Assembly (NCBI GenBank): GCA_031323845.1
Contig: JAVIYP010000002.1
Span: forward strand, 17,065 to 81,064
Source: Bacteroidales bacterium
GTDB taxonomy: Bacteria; Bacteroidota; Bacteroidia; Bacteroidales; UBA7960
Reading direction: 5' to 3'
DNA length: 64,000 nt
This document shows, in pieces, positions 30,552 to 39,578 of this stretch. The notes below the pieces were generated by a model. It did not search any database and was not told the DNA's origin. It worked only from the letters and a program-made list of their open reading frames with translations. The position numbers and the translations under genes were made by a program. The stretch's first letter is position 1, and each line of letters starts with the position of its first letter.

Positions 30552-31445
30552 TTATTTGTTACCTGCTTTAAACAGTAATTCTTTTTCTTCTTTGGTGAGG
30601 CTTTCATAACCGCTTTTTGAGATTTTGTCAAGGATAATGTCAATCTTTTCCTGTTTTTCGGCCCGTTGCCTGTTGTATTCAACATCATCAACAGGTCTTT
30701 CACGGGTGTATTCCACCCTGAAGCGGGGCTTTTTGCTGAATAATCTTGTGATTTTTCCAAGATAAAAAGAAAGCACAAGCGCAGGGTCTTTACCTTTAAT
30801 CAGCAACCTGGCATAAATGTATCCCCAGAGGGCGCCCCCAAGGTGAGCGAGGTGTCCTCCCGGATTGCCCTTGTCAATGCTCAGGACATCAAGAACAACA
30901 AAAAAGATGGCAATATACTTGAGTTTAATCCTTCCGAAAAGCAGCAAAGGAAGATGATAGTTTGGCATATAGGCGGCTACGGCGATAAAAATGGCCAGTA
31001 CTGATGCGGATGCACCGATGGCAACGGAATAGGCCACAACTTCACTGAATGCAGGAAAAACATTAAAAGAAACGATGTAGAAAAGGGCTCCCGTCAGTCC
31101 GCCCAGCAGATAAGTCACCGTTAAGCGATCGGCCCCGATAAAGTCGGTAAACAGCCTGCCGCCGACATACAGCACGATCATATTGAAGAGTATGTGCAGA
31201 AAGTCGAAGTGGAGAAACATATAGCTGATCAGCGTCCATGGCCGGTGAAGAACGACATGGATGTTGCTGGACACCCCGAGCCATTCACTCATAATGCGGC
31301 CCGTATTGTCAACATTCCAAAGATAAAAAATGACCCTGATCAGGCTCAGAACAATGAATATCAGAACGTTTATTCCTATAAGCCTGGACAGCACGCTGCC
31401 GCGTGAAAAAAAGGTTCTTATTTCGTGCAAAAAAGAGTTTTGCAT
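30552..31445 (-). CDS. Rhomboid family intramembrane serine protease with C-terminal cytoplasmic extension
   Basis: Six TM; catalytic-type GASAS and HLAHLGGALWG motifs; a 70-aa charged tail ending in SGYESLTKEEKELLFKAGNK. Confidence 0.8.
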   Translation of the reverse strand: MQNSFLHEIRTFFSRGSVLSRLIGINVLIFIVLSLIRVIFYLWNVDNTGRIMSEWLGVSSNIHVVLHRPWTLISYMFLHFDFLHILFNMIVLYVGGRLFTDFIGADRLTVTYLLGGLTGALFYIVSFNVFPAFSEVVAYSVAIGASASVLAIFIAVAAYMPNYHLPLLLFGRIKLKYIAIFFVVLDVLSIDKGNPGGHLAHLGGALWGYIYARLLIKGKDPALVLSFYLGKITRLFSKKPRFRVEYTRERPVDDVEYNRQRAEKQEKIDIILDKISKSGYESLTKEEKELLFKAGNK

Positions 31446-31469
31446 AGCCGGAATATTAGGAACAGGGAG

Positions 31470-32219
31470 TTAGTAATAGATCATTCTCCTGCGTCGCCAG
31501 TATCTGATGAGCAGAAATCCGAACAGCATTCCGCCAAGATGCGCAAAATGGGCGATGTTGCCGTCAGAGGTAATACCGAAATAGAGTTCTAGCGCGCCGT
31601 AACCCATAACAAAGTATTTTGCTTTCACCGGTATGGCGAAGAAAAGATAGATGTAACTGTTTGGAAAAAACATGCCAAAGGCAAGCAGGATGCCAAAAAC
31701 TGCGCCTGAGGCCCCAACGGTCGGAATGAAGTATCTGCTCAGGTAGGCAATCATAGTGCTTTCAGATGCCCCCTGGATGATCCTGTAGCTGCCAGTGTTT
31801 ATATAATGTTTGAGATCTGCTGCACTGTAGCCGGCTGCCAGAAGCTCCGACCGTAAGCTGAGCGCCTCCAGGTAGTTGACGCCGAGGTGCAGGAAGGCAG
31901 CACCAAAACCGGTTATCAGGTAGTAGATAAGAAAGCGCCTGGAGCCCATAAGGTTTTCAATAGCCGAGCCAAACATCCACAAGGCAAACATGTTGAAGAA
32001 GATATGCGAGAAGTTCGCATGCATAAACATGTGGCTAACAAACTGGTAAGGCTCAAAATCGGGCGAACCCGGCATGTGCAAACCCAGTACCTTGATCAGG
32101 TTGATCTGAAACGCCCCTCCCAGCGATAAGGTTGCAAGGAAAAACAACCCATTGATTATGAGAAGGTTTTTAACAACCAATGGCATTAAATTAAAGCCTC
32201 CGACTCTATATTGCATCAT
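31470..32219 (-). CDS. Rhomboid family intramembrane serine protease
   Basis: GASGAVFG serine motif, HLGGMLFG histidine motif, and HMFMHANFSHIFFNM. Confidence 0.85.
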   Translation of the reverse strand: MMQYRVGGFNLMPLVVKNLLIINGLFFLATLSLGGAFQINLIKVLGLHMPGSPDFEPYQFVSHMFMHANFSHIFFNMFALWMFGSAIENLMGSRRFLIYYLITGFGAAFLHLGVNYLEALSLRSELLAAGYSAADLKHYINTGSYRIIQGASESTMIAYLSRYFIPTVGASGAVFGILLAFGMFFPNSYIYLFFAIPVKAKYFVMGYGALELYFGITSDGNIAHFAHLGGMLFGFLLIRYWRRRRMIYY

Positions 32220-32318
32220 AATTAAACCATTTACAAGTAAACGAACAGTTGTTGCTGAAAAAAGTTTAGCCGTCCACCGGACTGGCTATAACGGCTGGAC
32301 AAAAATACGATTAAAAAC

Positions 32319-34166
32319 TTACTTGAATCGTGCCGCTAATTCCTCATTGGAAATAATGCTCAGAATGGTTTTACCTGCCGGAGACTGCTGAGGCATCTTG
32401 CAGGCGAATAAGCTGTCGGCAATGGAAGCCATTTCTTCCTGGGTCAGCATCTTGCCCGGCTTGATGGCCAGCTTCCGGGCCATAGACCGCAACACATTAG
32501 TGCGTGAATCGGCTTTCAGTTCAAGACGGTTTTTCTGATATTGCTCTATGACGCCTTCGATAACCTCCTGCAGCGAATCATCTTCCGTTAAATCGACCGG
32601 AATGGCATCAATAACAAAATGATTAGCACTTAACTCATTTATGCTGAATCCAATGCCCTTGATATCTTCAATTATTTCTTTAAGTATTTCGGATTCATGC
32701 TCATTGAGTCGTACGTTTTCGGGAAAGAGCAGTTGTTGTGAAGCCATATGGCGGTTTTCGAAAAGAATGGTGTACTTTTCAAACAGGATCCTTTCATGAG
32801 CTCTTTGCTGGTCAATGATCATCAACCCGGATTTTACCGGGGTAAGGATGTACTGATTATGCAGCTGAAAAAACTTTTTCTCGCCATTGTCCTGCAGCGA
32901 TTCATTCCAGTCGGGACTGATAATTACTTGTTTCCCTGATGCTTCCTCTTTTATTGGGGGAAGGTCAGCATCGGTTGGGAATAGTTTTTCCCATTGTTTT
33001 GGATTGATGCGGCTGCTAAGATCGCCAAAAGGTTGTCCGGTGCTTTTTTCCCGGCCCTGGTTAAAGGGATTGAAATCCGGATTGATTTGTATGGAAGGCG
33101 AGGACGGTTTCCGGTATTTTTGGGTTTCAGGAATATCAAAGGAGTTTTCCCTGTCAAAGTCCAGGCTGGGTGTGGCGTTATGGCTTGCCAGTGCCATTTT
33201 TACAGCCGACCTTACCACCTGGTATATATACCTTTCGTCCTGGAATTTAATTTCTGTTTTTGTAGGATGAACGTTCACATCAATTTGTTCGGGCGATGTT
33301 TCAAGAAAAAGGAAAAAGCTGGGGAATGCATCTTCGGGAATCAGGTCATGAAACGCTTGTTCCACGGCATGATTCAGATAGGCTGAACGGATATAGCGTT
33401 TGTTGACGAACAGAAATTGCTCGCCCCGTACTTTTCTGGCGTACTGGGGTTTGCCCACAAAGCCGTCAATCCTTACCAGTTGCGTTTCTTCGGAAACCGG
33501 TATCAGTCGCTGGTTATAATTGCTCCCAAAAAGATGGATGAGGCGTTGTTTGGCATTTCCCTTGTTTAGCTGGTGGGTTAGCTGGTTGTTTTGGTAAAAC
33601 TGAAAGGCGATGTCAGGGTAGGCAATGGCAAGTCTTTGAAATTCAGTCAGAATATGCCTTTTCTCAATATTGTCGGATTTCAAAAAATTCCTTCTGGCAG
33701 GAGTGTTGAAAAACAGGTTTTTAACGGCTACTGATGTTCCTTTGGTGCAGTTACAGGGGGATTGTGAGATAAGCCGTGCAGCTTCCATAACCACTTCACT
33801 GCCCAGCTGTTCATCAACGGTGCGGGTTTTTAGTTCAACCTTGGCAATTGCAGCGATGGATGCCAGTGCCTCACCTCTGAAACCCATGGTGCGAATGGCA
33901 AACAGGTCGCTTGCCTGTTCAATTTTTGAGGTTGCATGTCTTTCGAAACAGAGCCTGGCATCGGTTTCCGACATTCCTTTACCGTCATCAACCACCTGGA
34001 TCAGGGTTTTGCCGGCATCCTTAATGATCAGCTGGATGTTCTGCGCACCTGCATCAACCGCATTTTCAAGCAGCTCCTTAACTGCCGAAGCCGGTCGTTG
34101 TATCACTTCTCCCGCTGCAATCTGATTGGCAACGGCATCAGGTAAAAGTTTAATTACATCTGTCAT
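32319..34166 (-). CDS. mutL: DNA mismatch repair protein MutL
   Basis: 615 aa. GHKL ATPase N-terminus (IAAGEVIQRPASAVKELLENAVDAGA; DDGKGM; GFRGEAL) and a MutL C-terminal dimerisation domain. Confidence 0.95.
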   Translation of the reverse strand: MTDVIKLLPDAVANQIAAGEVIQRPASAVKELLENAVDAGAQNIQLIIKDAGKTLIQVVDDGKGMSETDARLCFERHATSKIEQASDLFAIRTMGFRGEALASIAAIAKVELKTRTVDEQLGSEVVMEAARLISQSPCNCTKGTSVAVKNLFFNTPARRNFLKSDNIEKRHILTEFQRLAIAYPDIAFQFYQNNQLTHQLNKGNAKQRLIHLFGSNYNQRLIPVSEETQLVRIDGFVGKPQYARKVRGEQFLFVNKRYIRSAYLNHAVEQAFHDLIPEDAFPSFFLFLETSPEQIDVNVHPTKTEIKFQDERYIYQVVRSAVKMALASHNATPSLDFDRENSFDIPETQKYRKPSSPSIQINPDFNPFNQGREKSTGQPFGDLSSRINPKQWEKLFPTDADLPPIKEEASGKQVIISPDWNESLQDNGEKKFFQLHNQYILTPVKSGLMIIDQQRAHERILFEKYTILFENRHMASQQLLFPENVRLNEHESEILKEIIEDIKGIGFSINELSANHFVIDAIPVDLTEDDSLQEVIEGVIEQYQKNRLELKADSRTNVLRSMARKLAIKPGKMLTQEEMASIADSLFACKMPQQSPAGKTILSIISNEELAARFK

Positions 34167-34198
34167 AGCCTTGCTCTAAACCCTTAACATCCTCACGT

Positions 34199-34465
34199 TC
34201 ACAAATAAAAAATCAGGTACAGCAACATAAACATCACAACAAGGATGATGATAAGCCTTTGGTTTGAGGCTTTCCTGCTTCTCGCGCCTGCAGTGCGCTT
34301 CCAACGTAAATTCAGCCTGTCTCGTAATGCGCTGGCGTAGTGTTCCGGATCATCATCACTGATGGTTTTTTCGCGCTCCTCTCTTTCTTCTTTCTTCTTA
34401 TCGTAATATACCGGACGATAATTAAACTTTTTGTTTTTCGGTATTTTGAAAAATGTGAGTGCCAT
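34199..34465 (-). CDS. Small tail-anchored membrane protein, function unknown
   Basis: 88 aa. Charged N-terminus (YYDKKKEEREEREK) and a single C-terminal TM (LIIILVVMFMLLYLIFYL). A perfect promoter box lies 32 nt upstream, and the gene sits 32 nt from mutL. Confidence 0.55.
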   Translation of the reverse strand: MALTFFKIPKNKKFNYRPVYYDKKKEEREEREKTISDDDPEHYASALRDRLNLRWKRTAGARSRKASNQRLIIILVVMFMLLYLIFYL

Positions 34466-34496
34466 GGGAAAAAGTGATTGTGTGTGCCTCTTCCTG

Positions 34497-34504
34497 CAAA
34501 ATTA
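34497..34504 (-). promoter_or_regulatory. -7 promoter box (TAATTTTG) upstream of the small protein-mutL unit
   Basis: Perfect TAnnTTTG on the minus strand, 32 nt upstream of the ATG at 34465. Confidence 0.45.
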
Positions 34505-34533
34505 CTCAATATCTGCCGAAATGCCAAGCATCG

Positions 34534-34563
34534 AAAAAACCCTTTCCCGCTGAGGAAAGGGTT
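34534..34563 (-). terminator. Rho-independent terminator after the DUF6580 gene
   Basis: 10-bp perfect stem AACCCTTTCC/GGAAAGGGTT with a 6-nt loop, followed by a T-run on the minus strand (TTTTTT). Confidence 0.75.
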
Positions 34564-34590
34564 CGTTTAAGGTACTATAAGACAATGTTT

Positions 34591-35115
34591 TCAGGCAGTT
34601 TTCAGCGAAGGCACCCATTGTTGTACGAGATAGAAGCCTCCGAAAAAGACGGTGTTGTAAAACAGGTCGCCCAGTAAGCTTGTGTGAAAAAATGGGATGG
34701 CCATGGTATAAGACGTCATCAGTCCCTGGAATGTGTTGGGATAGACCGGTACGGCTAACCATACGGCGGCATTGGTAATCAGAAAAAACAACACTGACCC
34801 TGCTATTGATCCGCCCAGAATATAGGGTATCCTGATGTTGTTACGCATCAGGGTGCCGAGCAATACGACCAGGGCAAAACTCAGGTATACGGGTAGCATC
34901 AGGTGGTGGAAACCGAGGAACAGATCGCTGATAAACAAGGCGGCCAGTGGTATGAGAAAGGCTGACAGGCGTTTGCCAAAATGTGCACCACCAAACAAGG
35001 CTGCTGCTGCAACAGGAGTAAAATTAGGATAATGAGGCACAAGCCGCATCAGTGCTGCAAAAATGATAATGCCTGTAATGACCAATAGTCTGGGTGTGAT
35101 CCATTTCCAGTTCAT
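34591..35115 (-). CDS. DUF6580 family putative transporter component
   Basis: Five or six TM; MNWKWITPRLLVITGIIIFAALMRLVPHYPNFTPVAAAALFGG is typical of the family. The start is set at ATG 35115, supported by the promoter box at 35149. Confidence 0.7.
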   Translation of the reverse strand: MNWKWITPRLLVITGIIIFAALMRLVPHYPNFTPVAAAALFGGAHFGKRLSAFLIPLAALFISDLFLGFHHLMLPVYLSFALVVLLGTLMRNNIRIPYILGGSIAGSVLFFLITNAAVWLAVPVYPNTFQGLMTSYTMAIPFFHTSLLGDLFYNTVFFGGFYLVQQWVPSLKTA

Positions 35116-35148
35116 AATGTTGGTATTAATGAGTTGAAGATTGTTAGG

Positions 35149-35156
35149 CAAAAGTA
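35149..35156 (-). promoter_or_regulatory. -7 promoter box (TACTTTTG) upstream of the DUF6580 gene
   Basis: Perfect TAnnTTTG on the minus strand, 34 nt upstream of the ATG at 35115. Confidence 0.45.
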
Positions 35157-35334
35157 TAAAATCCTTTTTACTTATAACATCCGTGTCTGAAAAATGTTTT
35201 GCACCGGCTGTGTTCTCACGGACCATGAGCTTCCATCAAAAAATAAGAAAAAAGAAGCTGCCTGTTTTTAAACCTTTTGGGTTACCGGCTATCAAACGAG
35301 TGAAAACAAATTATTCACATCTTAATCATACCTT

Positions 35335-35856
35335 ATGAAAACCAGGAATATTTTAGCAGCTTTTTTTGTGCTTACCATGATGTTCTCGTTTGAATCCATG
35401 GCTCAGCGTGGTGGTCGGTTTACGTCCCCTTCAAACCAACCGAGGTTCAACGAACGCCCTGCCGGCAGATTTGAAGCTCAGGCAGGACCCAGAACAGAAT
35501 ATTGCTATCTGGCTCTGGAATTATCGGAAGAGCAGCTGGCTTCATTCCGTGAGCTTCGTCTTGCTCATGCGGAGAAACGGACATCTCACCAGGCCAGGAT
35601 GGATGAGTTGCGCAGCCGTAAACGCACTTTGATGCTGCAAGCCGAGCCTGACCGCGCTGCTATCAACACTATTATTGATGAAATGACCAACCTTCAGAAT
35701 GCCAAGATGAAAGAGCGGGTAAACCACAGGCAGGCCATTAGAAGCATGCTCACCGATGATCAGCGGATAATGTTTGACAGCCGTCAGATGTATCGCCAGG
35801 GTGGGCGGGGTCAATCCGGCGGGCCTCATGGAAGACCAGGCATGCGGCGGTGGTAA
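35335..35856 (+). CDS. Periplasmic Spy/CpxP-family protein (LTxxQ-type)
   Basis: Signal peptide and helical repeats with LSEEQLASFRELR and LTDDQRIMFD motifs. Confidence 0.7.
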   Translation: MKTRNILAAFFVLTMMFSFESMAQRGGRFTSPSNQPRFNERPAGRFEAQAGPRTEYCYLALELSEEQLASFRELRLAHAEKRTSHQARMDELRSRKRTLMLQAEPDRAAINTIIDEMTNLQNAKMKERVNHRQAIRSMLTDDQRIMFDSRQMYRQGGRGQSGGPHGRPGMRRW

Positions 35857-35870
35857 ACTTATTGTTTTAG

Positions 35871-37364
35871 TTAATTCAAACCTGCCCGGTAAAGTTCGTC
35901 AGCTTTGCCGGGTTTTTTTGTAAACCTGCTCACGACAATGCTTACGATGAGTGCAGCGGTAAAACCGGGGATCAGCTCATAGATAAATCCGGCCAGCAAG
36001 GGTATTCTTGTCCACACGATCACCGTGACAGCTCCGGTGATCATCCCCGCGATGATGCCTGTCCTGCTGCTTCCTTTCCAGAACAACGCCAGGATGGAGG
36101 CCGGCCCGAATGCGGCACCCAAACCTGCCCAGGCAAAGAGCACAAGCCAGAACACCAGCTTTTCGGCCACCAAACCAAGAAGGAGTGCCAGAAGCACCAG
36201 GAGAACCACAAACACCCGGCTTAACATCACCAGTTTTTTCTGAGGCACTTCCTGCTTCTTGTGCAACAGCTTTTCGTAAATGTCCCTGACCAGGGCGGAC
36301 GCAGCCACAAGCAGCTGGCTGTCGGCCGTTGACATAATGGCGGCAAATATACTGGCGATGATGATCCCGAACATAATGGGATGAAGAAGTTGTCCGGCCA
36401 GCAGAGGATAAAGGTTCTCCGGGTCACCTCCGGGAAGCAGGCTTGCATCATGGAAATACAACCTGCCGGCCATGCCGGTGATTATTGCACCGGCTCCCAT
36501 AAGTACATTGGCCGCCGTGCCTACCAGGGCCACCATTTTTAACCTTGCTGCATTTTTTATGGACATATACCTGGCAATGATATGCGGATTACCGGGTGAC
36601 CCAAGGCCGATGCCAAGAAATCCTATGAGAACCCCCGCGGAAAGGGCCAGAGGATTGAAGAAGCTACCCTGATCCAGGCTGCCGGCTAACGCATAAAACT
36701 CACTGAATCCGCCAAGGCCGCTGATTGCAATGACAGGCAGAACAAGAAGGGCAATAATCATAAATAAGCCCTGAATGGTATCGGTAAGGCTTACAGCCAG
36801 AAATCCGCCGATCATGGTATAGAACAATACAATTACCGTAGTAAGTAAAATTCCCTGCGTCTCCGTCAGGTTGAAACTTGACTGAAAAGCTTTGCCGCCG
36901 GCGACAAACTGTGCCGATACGTAAGCGATCATAAAAATGATTATGATACTGACCACCACCGCCCTCAGTCTTCCGTTGTGATCTCCGAAACGTTCGGCAA
37001 AAAAGTCGGGCAGGGTTATGCAATCGTACCTTTCGCTGAAGCGCCGGATGCGCGGGGCATAAAAGAAAAAGAGAAAAAATTCAACAAGCGTGTACCCCAG
37101 AACAGCCCAAACCGCAGAAAACCCAATGGTAAATGACATGCCCGTAACGCCAAGCAGAAGCCAGGCACTCCGGCCGCTGACCACAGCCGAAAGCGCTACG
37201 ACAAGCATGCTCATTTTGCGGCCGCCAATAAAAAAATTGGAAATGCCTTTTGACGAAAACCTGGCCGCATAAATCCCGATGGCAATGATCATAACCAGAT
37301 AAGCTATAAAAGACCATACGGCAATATGATCAACGTCGAGTATCAGGTTTTGAATTTCATCCAT
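35871..37364 (-). CDS. Sodium:solute symporter (SSS) family transporter
   Basis: 497 aa, about 13 TM, with an SSS-type N-terminal region (GGRKMSMLVVALSAVVSGRSAWLLLG). Confidence 0.8.
   Translation of the reverse strand: MDEIQNLILDVDHIAVWSFIAYLVMIIAIGIYAARFSSKGISNFFIGGRKMSMLVVALSAVVSGRSAWLLLGVTGMSFTIGFSAVWAVLGYTLVEFFLFFFYAPRIRRFSERYDCITLPDFFAERFGDHNGRLRAVVVSIIIIFMIAYVSAQFVAGGKAFQSSFNLTETQGILLTTVIVLFYTMIGGFLAVSLTDTIQGLFMIIALLVLPVIAISGLGGFSEFYALAGSLDQGSFFNPLALSAGVLIGFLGIGLGSPGNPHIIARYMSIKNAARLKMVALVGTAANVLMGAGAIITGMAGRLYFHDASLLPGGDPENLYPLLAGQLLHPIMFGIIIASIFAAIMSTADSQLLVAASALVRDIYEKLLHKKQEVPQKKLVMLSRVFVVLLVLLALLLGLVAEKLVFWLVLFAWAGLGAAFGPASILALFWKGSSRTGIIAGMITGAVTVIVWTRIPLLAGFIYELIPGFTAALIVSIVVSRFTKKPGKADELYRAGLN
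35885..35919 (+). terminator. Rho-independent terminator of the Spy-like gene, embedded in the 3' coding end of the convergent symporter gene
   Basis: CCCGGTAAAG-ttcgtcag-CTTTGCCGGG (one G-U pair) followed by T7. Confidence 0.7.
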
Positions 37365-37417
37365 AAGAATCTTACATTAACCGGCTCGTCGTGCAAAGTA
37401 AATAAATATGGAGTTTA

Positions 37418-38323
37418 TTACCACAAAAAAAACAGGGTAACTCCGCAGATACTGATGATTGCGCCCAACATCTCCCAGCTGCTGACTTTATGTTTGTAGA
37501 GAAAGTAAGTGGCCGGCAGAATGAGGATGGGTGAGATCGACATGAGGGTTGAGGCAATTCCGGCCGCTGTATGTTTGACTGCGATCAGCGACAGGGAAAC
37601 ACCGGCAAAAGGGCCAAGCACGGCTCCGATCAGAATTATTTTCAGGGCTTTGGTGTTTTTTAGCGCCTTGTTTACGGCAAGCCACTTTCTGAAGAAATGC
37701 ACGACGATGGTAAACCCCACAATGCCAGCCATTACCCTGATCTGGTTTGCTGAAATGGCATCATAATCTCCCATGCCGTATTTGCTCAGTACCAGGCCTG
37801 TTCCCTGGCCTATGGTTCCCATCAGGGCATAAAAAAGACCCAGGGGCGAAACGGACTCCAAAACATTTTCCTGCTGCGATTTTTTTTGTCTTTTCTGCAC
37901 GATGACCATAGCTATTCCTGCAATGGTCAGCAACATGGCAAATAAATGGATCAGCGCCAGACGCTCTCCCAGCATCAGCCAGCCGGCAAAAGCCGCTACA
38001 GGAGGAACCAGTGTCATGACCAGAAGCGTCAATCTGGATCCTATTACGGTGAATGCCTTAAAAAGAAATAAATCACCCACGACAAAGCCGATAAGCCCTG
38101 AAAGTGCCAGCCATTGCCAGTTAAAGACAGTGGCGTCCATAGGGAGAAACATACCGCGTCTGAACCAGGAAAACAGGCTTATCAACACAAGCGCCATCAC
38201 CAGCCTGATGATGTTTACGGGTACACTGCCCACTTTTCTGCTGGCGGCCTCAAAAGCAATGGCCGTGGCTGTCCAGCAGACGGCTGTAAGCAAAGCGGCC
38301 AGTTCGCCAATACGTGCTTCCAT
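37418..38323 (-). CDS. DMT superfamily (EamA-like) transporter
   Basis: 301 aa, 10 TM, duplicated EamA halves. Confidence 0.75.
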   Translation of the reverse strand: MEARIGELAALLTAVCWTATAIAFEAASRKVGSVPVNIIRLVMALVLISLFSWFRRGMFLPMDATVFNWQWLALSGLIGFVVGDLFLFKAFTVIGSRLTLLVMTLVPPVAAFAGWLMLGERLALIHLFAMLLTIAGIAMVIVQKRQKKSQQENVLESVSPLGLFYALMGTIGQGTGLVLSKYGMGDYDAISANQIRVMAGIVGFTIVVHFFRKWLAVNKALKNTKALKIILIGAVLGPFAGVSLSLIAVKHTAAGIASTLMSISPILILPATYFLYKHKVSSWEMLGAIISICGVTLFFLW

Positions 38324-38345
38324 ACAACAATAGAATGATAAGCGG

Positions 38346-38353
38346 CAAAGTTA
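38346..38353 (-). promoter_or_regulatory. -7 promoter box (TAACTTTG) upstream of the DMT transporter gene
   Basis: Perfect TAnnTTTG on the minus strand, 23 nt upstream of the ATG at 38323. Confidence 0.45.
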
Positions 38354-38454
38354 CAAGAAAATAAAGTGGAGCATGTGAGTGATATTAAATCTTAATACAG
38401 TAAGAAAAAAAAATCGTAATTTCGCAACTCAAATACCATTAAACACAAAACCAA

Positions 38455-38940
38455 ATGAAAAGCTATTATTTATTTTTGATTGCAGGCCTTTTGCTTGCTG
38501 CATGCAGTGGCCAGGTAAAGGAGCAGCATGATGGTGAAATCCGCACCTACACCATAGAGGAGCTTGCCGGTGATGCCTTGAATTTTGACGGTCATACCGT
38601 GCGTTTTGAGGGCGTGATCAGCCATATTTGCAAGCATAGCGGTGACAAAATGCGTATGCTTCAACCCGATAACGATGCGTTCAGCATGCAGGTTATGCTG
38701 GGTGACCTTATGAACAATTTCAGCGTAGAAGACGAAGGACGCGAAGTTGTCGTATCGGGAATCTTAAGAACCGTTGTCTTGAATATGGACGAACTGGAAG
38801 ACCATGATCATGACGGACACGAACATGAAGAAGGGCATGACTGTGATTCCACAACGGAAGCAGTAAGGAGAATGGCAGAAAAGGGCATAGATCCTGATAT
38901 CCGGCCTTACGTTGAGCTGCTTGCCTTTGAGAAAAAGTAA
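38455..38940 (+). CDS. Lipoprotein with a His/Asp/Glu-rich putative metal-binding segment
   Basis: Lipobox LLLAAC-SG and the segment ELEDHDHDGHEHEEGHDCD (6 His in 15 aa). No family recognised. Confidence 0.55.
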   Translation: MKSYYLFLIAGLLLAACSGQVKEQHDGEIRTYTIEELAGDALNFDGHTVRFEGVISHICKHSGDKMRMLQPDNDAFSMQVMLGDLMNNFSVEDEGREVVVSGILRTVVLNMDELEDHDHDGHEHEEGHDCDSTTEAVRRMAEKGIDPDIRPYVELLAFEKK

Positions 38941-38952
38941 CACAAGACTTTG

Positions 38953-38987
38953 AAAACTGCCGGAGGCTTTCTTCCGGCAGTTTTTTT
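38953..38987 (+). terminator. Rho-independent terminator after the His-rich lipoprotein gene
   Basis: AAAACTGCCGGA-ggctttct-TCCGGCAGTTTT followed by T7. Confidence 0.75.
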
Positions 38988-39009
38988 ATGCAGAGCATTG
39001 TGCGTCAAA

Positions 39010-39570
39010 ATGAAAATCCGAAAAATAAACAGGGCCATCCACCGCGATCTGGGGTATTTCTTTTTTGGGATGTGCATTATTTATGGGTTATCGGGTATTG
39101 CCCTGAACCACAGGCACCACTGGAACCCGAATTACATCATAACACAAAAGAGTTATGTCCTGGAACTGCCGGCGCCGGATCTTTCTGACAACCGTGACCA
39201 GGCCATCCACTTTCTTCGACAAATAGACCGTCAGGATGAATTCCGCACGGTGCTCAGAAGTGGCGATAATTTGCGCATTTTTGTGAGAAACGGCAGTGTG
39301 ACGGTGAATGTATATTCGGGCAGGGCTGAGCTAGAGACCATAAGACCGAGGCCGGTGTTCAGACAGGTTAATTTCTTGCACTACAATAACCCCCGCAGGC
39401 TCTGGACATGGTTTGCTGATGCTTATGCCGCAGCGCTGATCATTATGGCCTTTACGGGATTGTTTATTCTGAAAGGCAAGAATGGAATAACCCGCCGTGG
39501 TGCATGGCTGACGGGCGCAGGCATTATCATTCCCCTGGTGTTACTGTTTTATTATCTTAACGGATCCTGA
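39010..39570 (+). CDS. PepSY-associated TM helix domain protein
   Basis: MKIRKINRAIHRDLGYFFFGMCIIYGLSGIALNHRHHW plus a C-terminal TM pair, typical of PepSY_TM proteins. The ORF-track start at 38950 lies inside the terminator. Confidence 0.7.
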   Translation: MKIRKINRAIHRDLGYFFFGMCIIYGLSGIALNHRHHWNPNYIITQKSYVLELPAPDLSDNRDQAIHFLRQIDRQDEFRTVLRSGDNLRIFVRNGSVTVNVYSGRAELETIRPRPVFRQVNFLHYNNPRRLWTWFADAYAAALIIMAFTGLFILKGKNGITRRGAWLTGAGIIIPLVLLFYYLNGS

Positions 39571-39578
39571 TTCCCCGC

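Noticed and set aside
35116-35334. Cobalamin riboswitch upstream of the DUF6580 putative transporter.
   Set aside because: No B12-box (GCCACTG) occurs on the relevant strand. A promoter box only 34 nt from the ATG leaves no room for a riboswitch.
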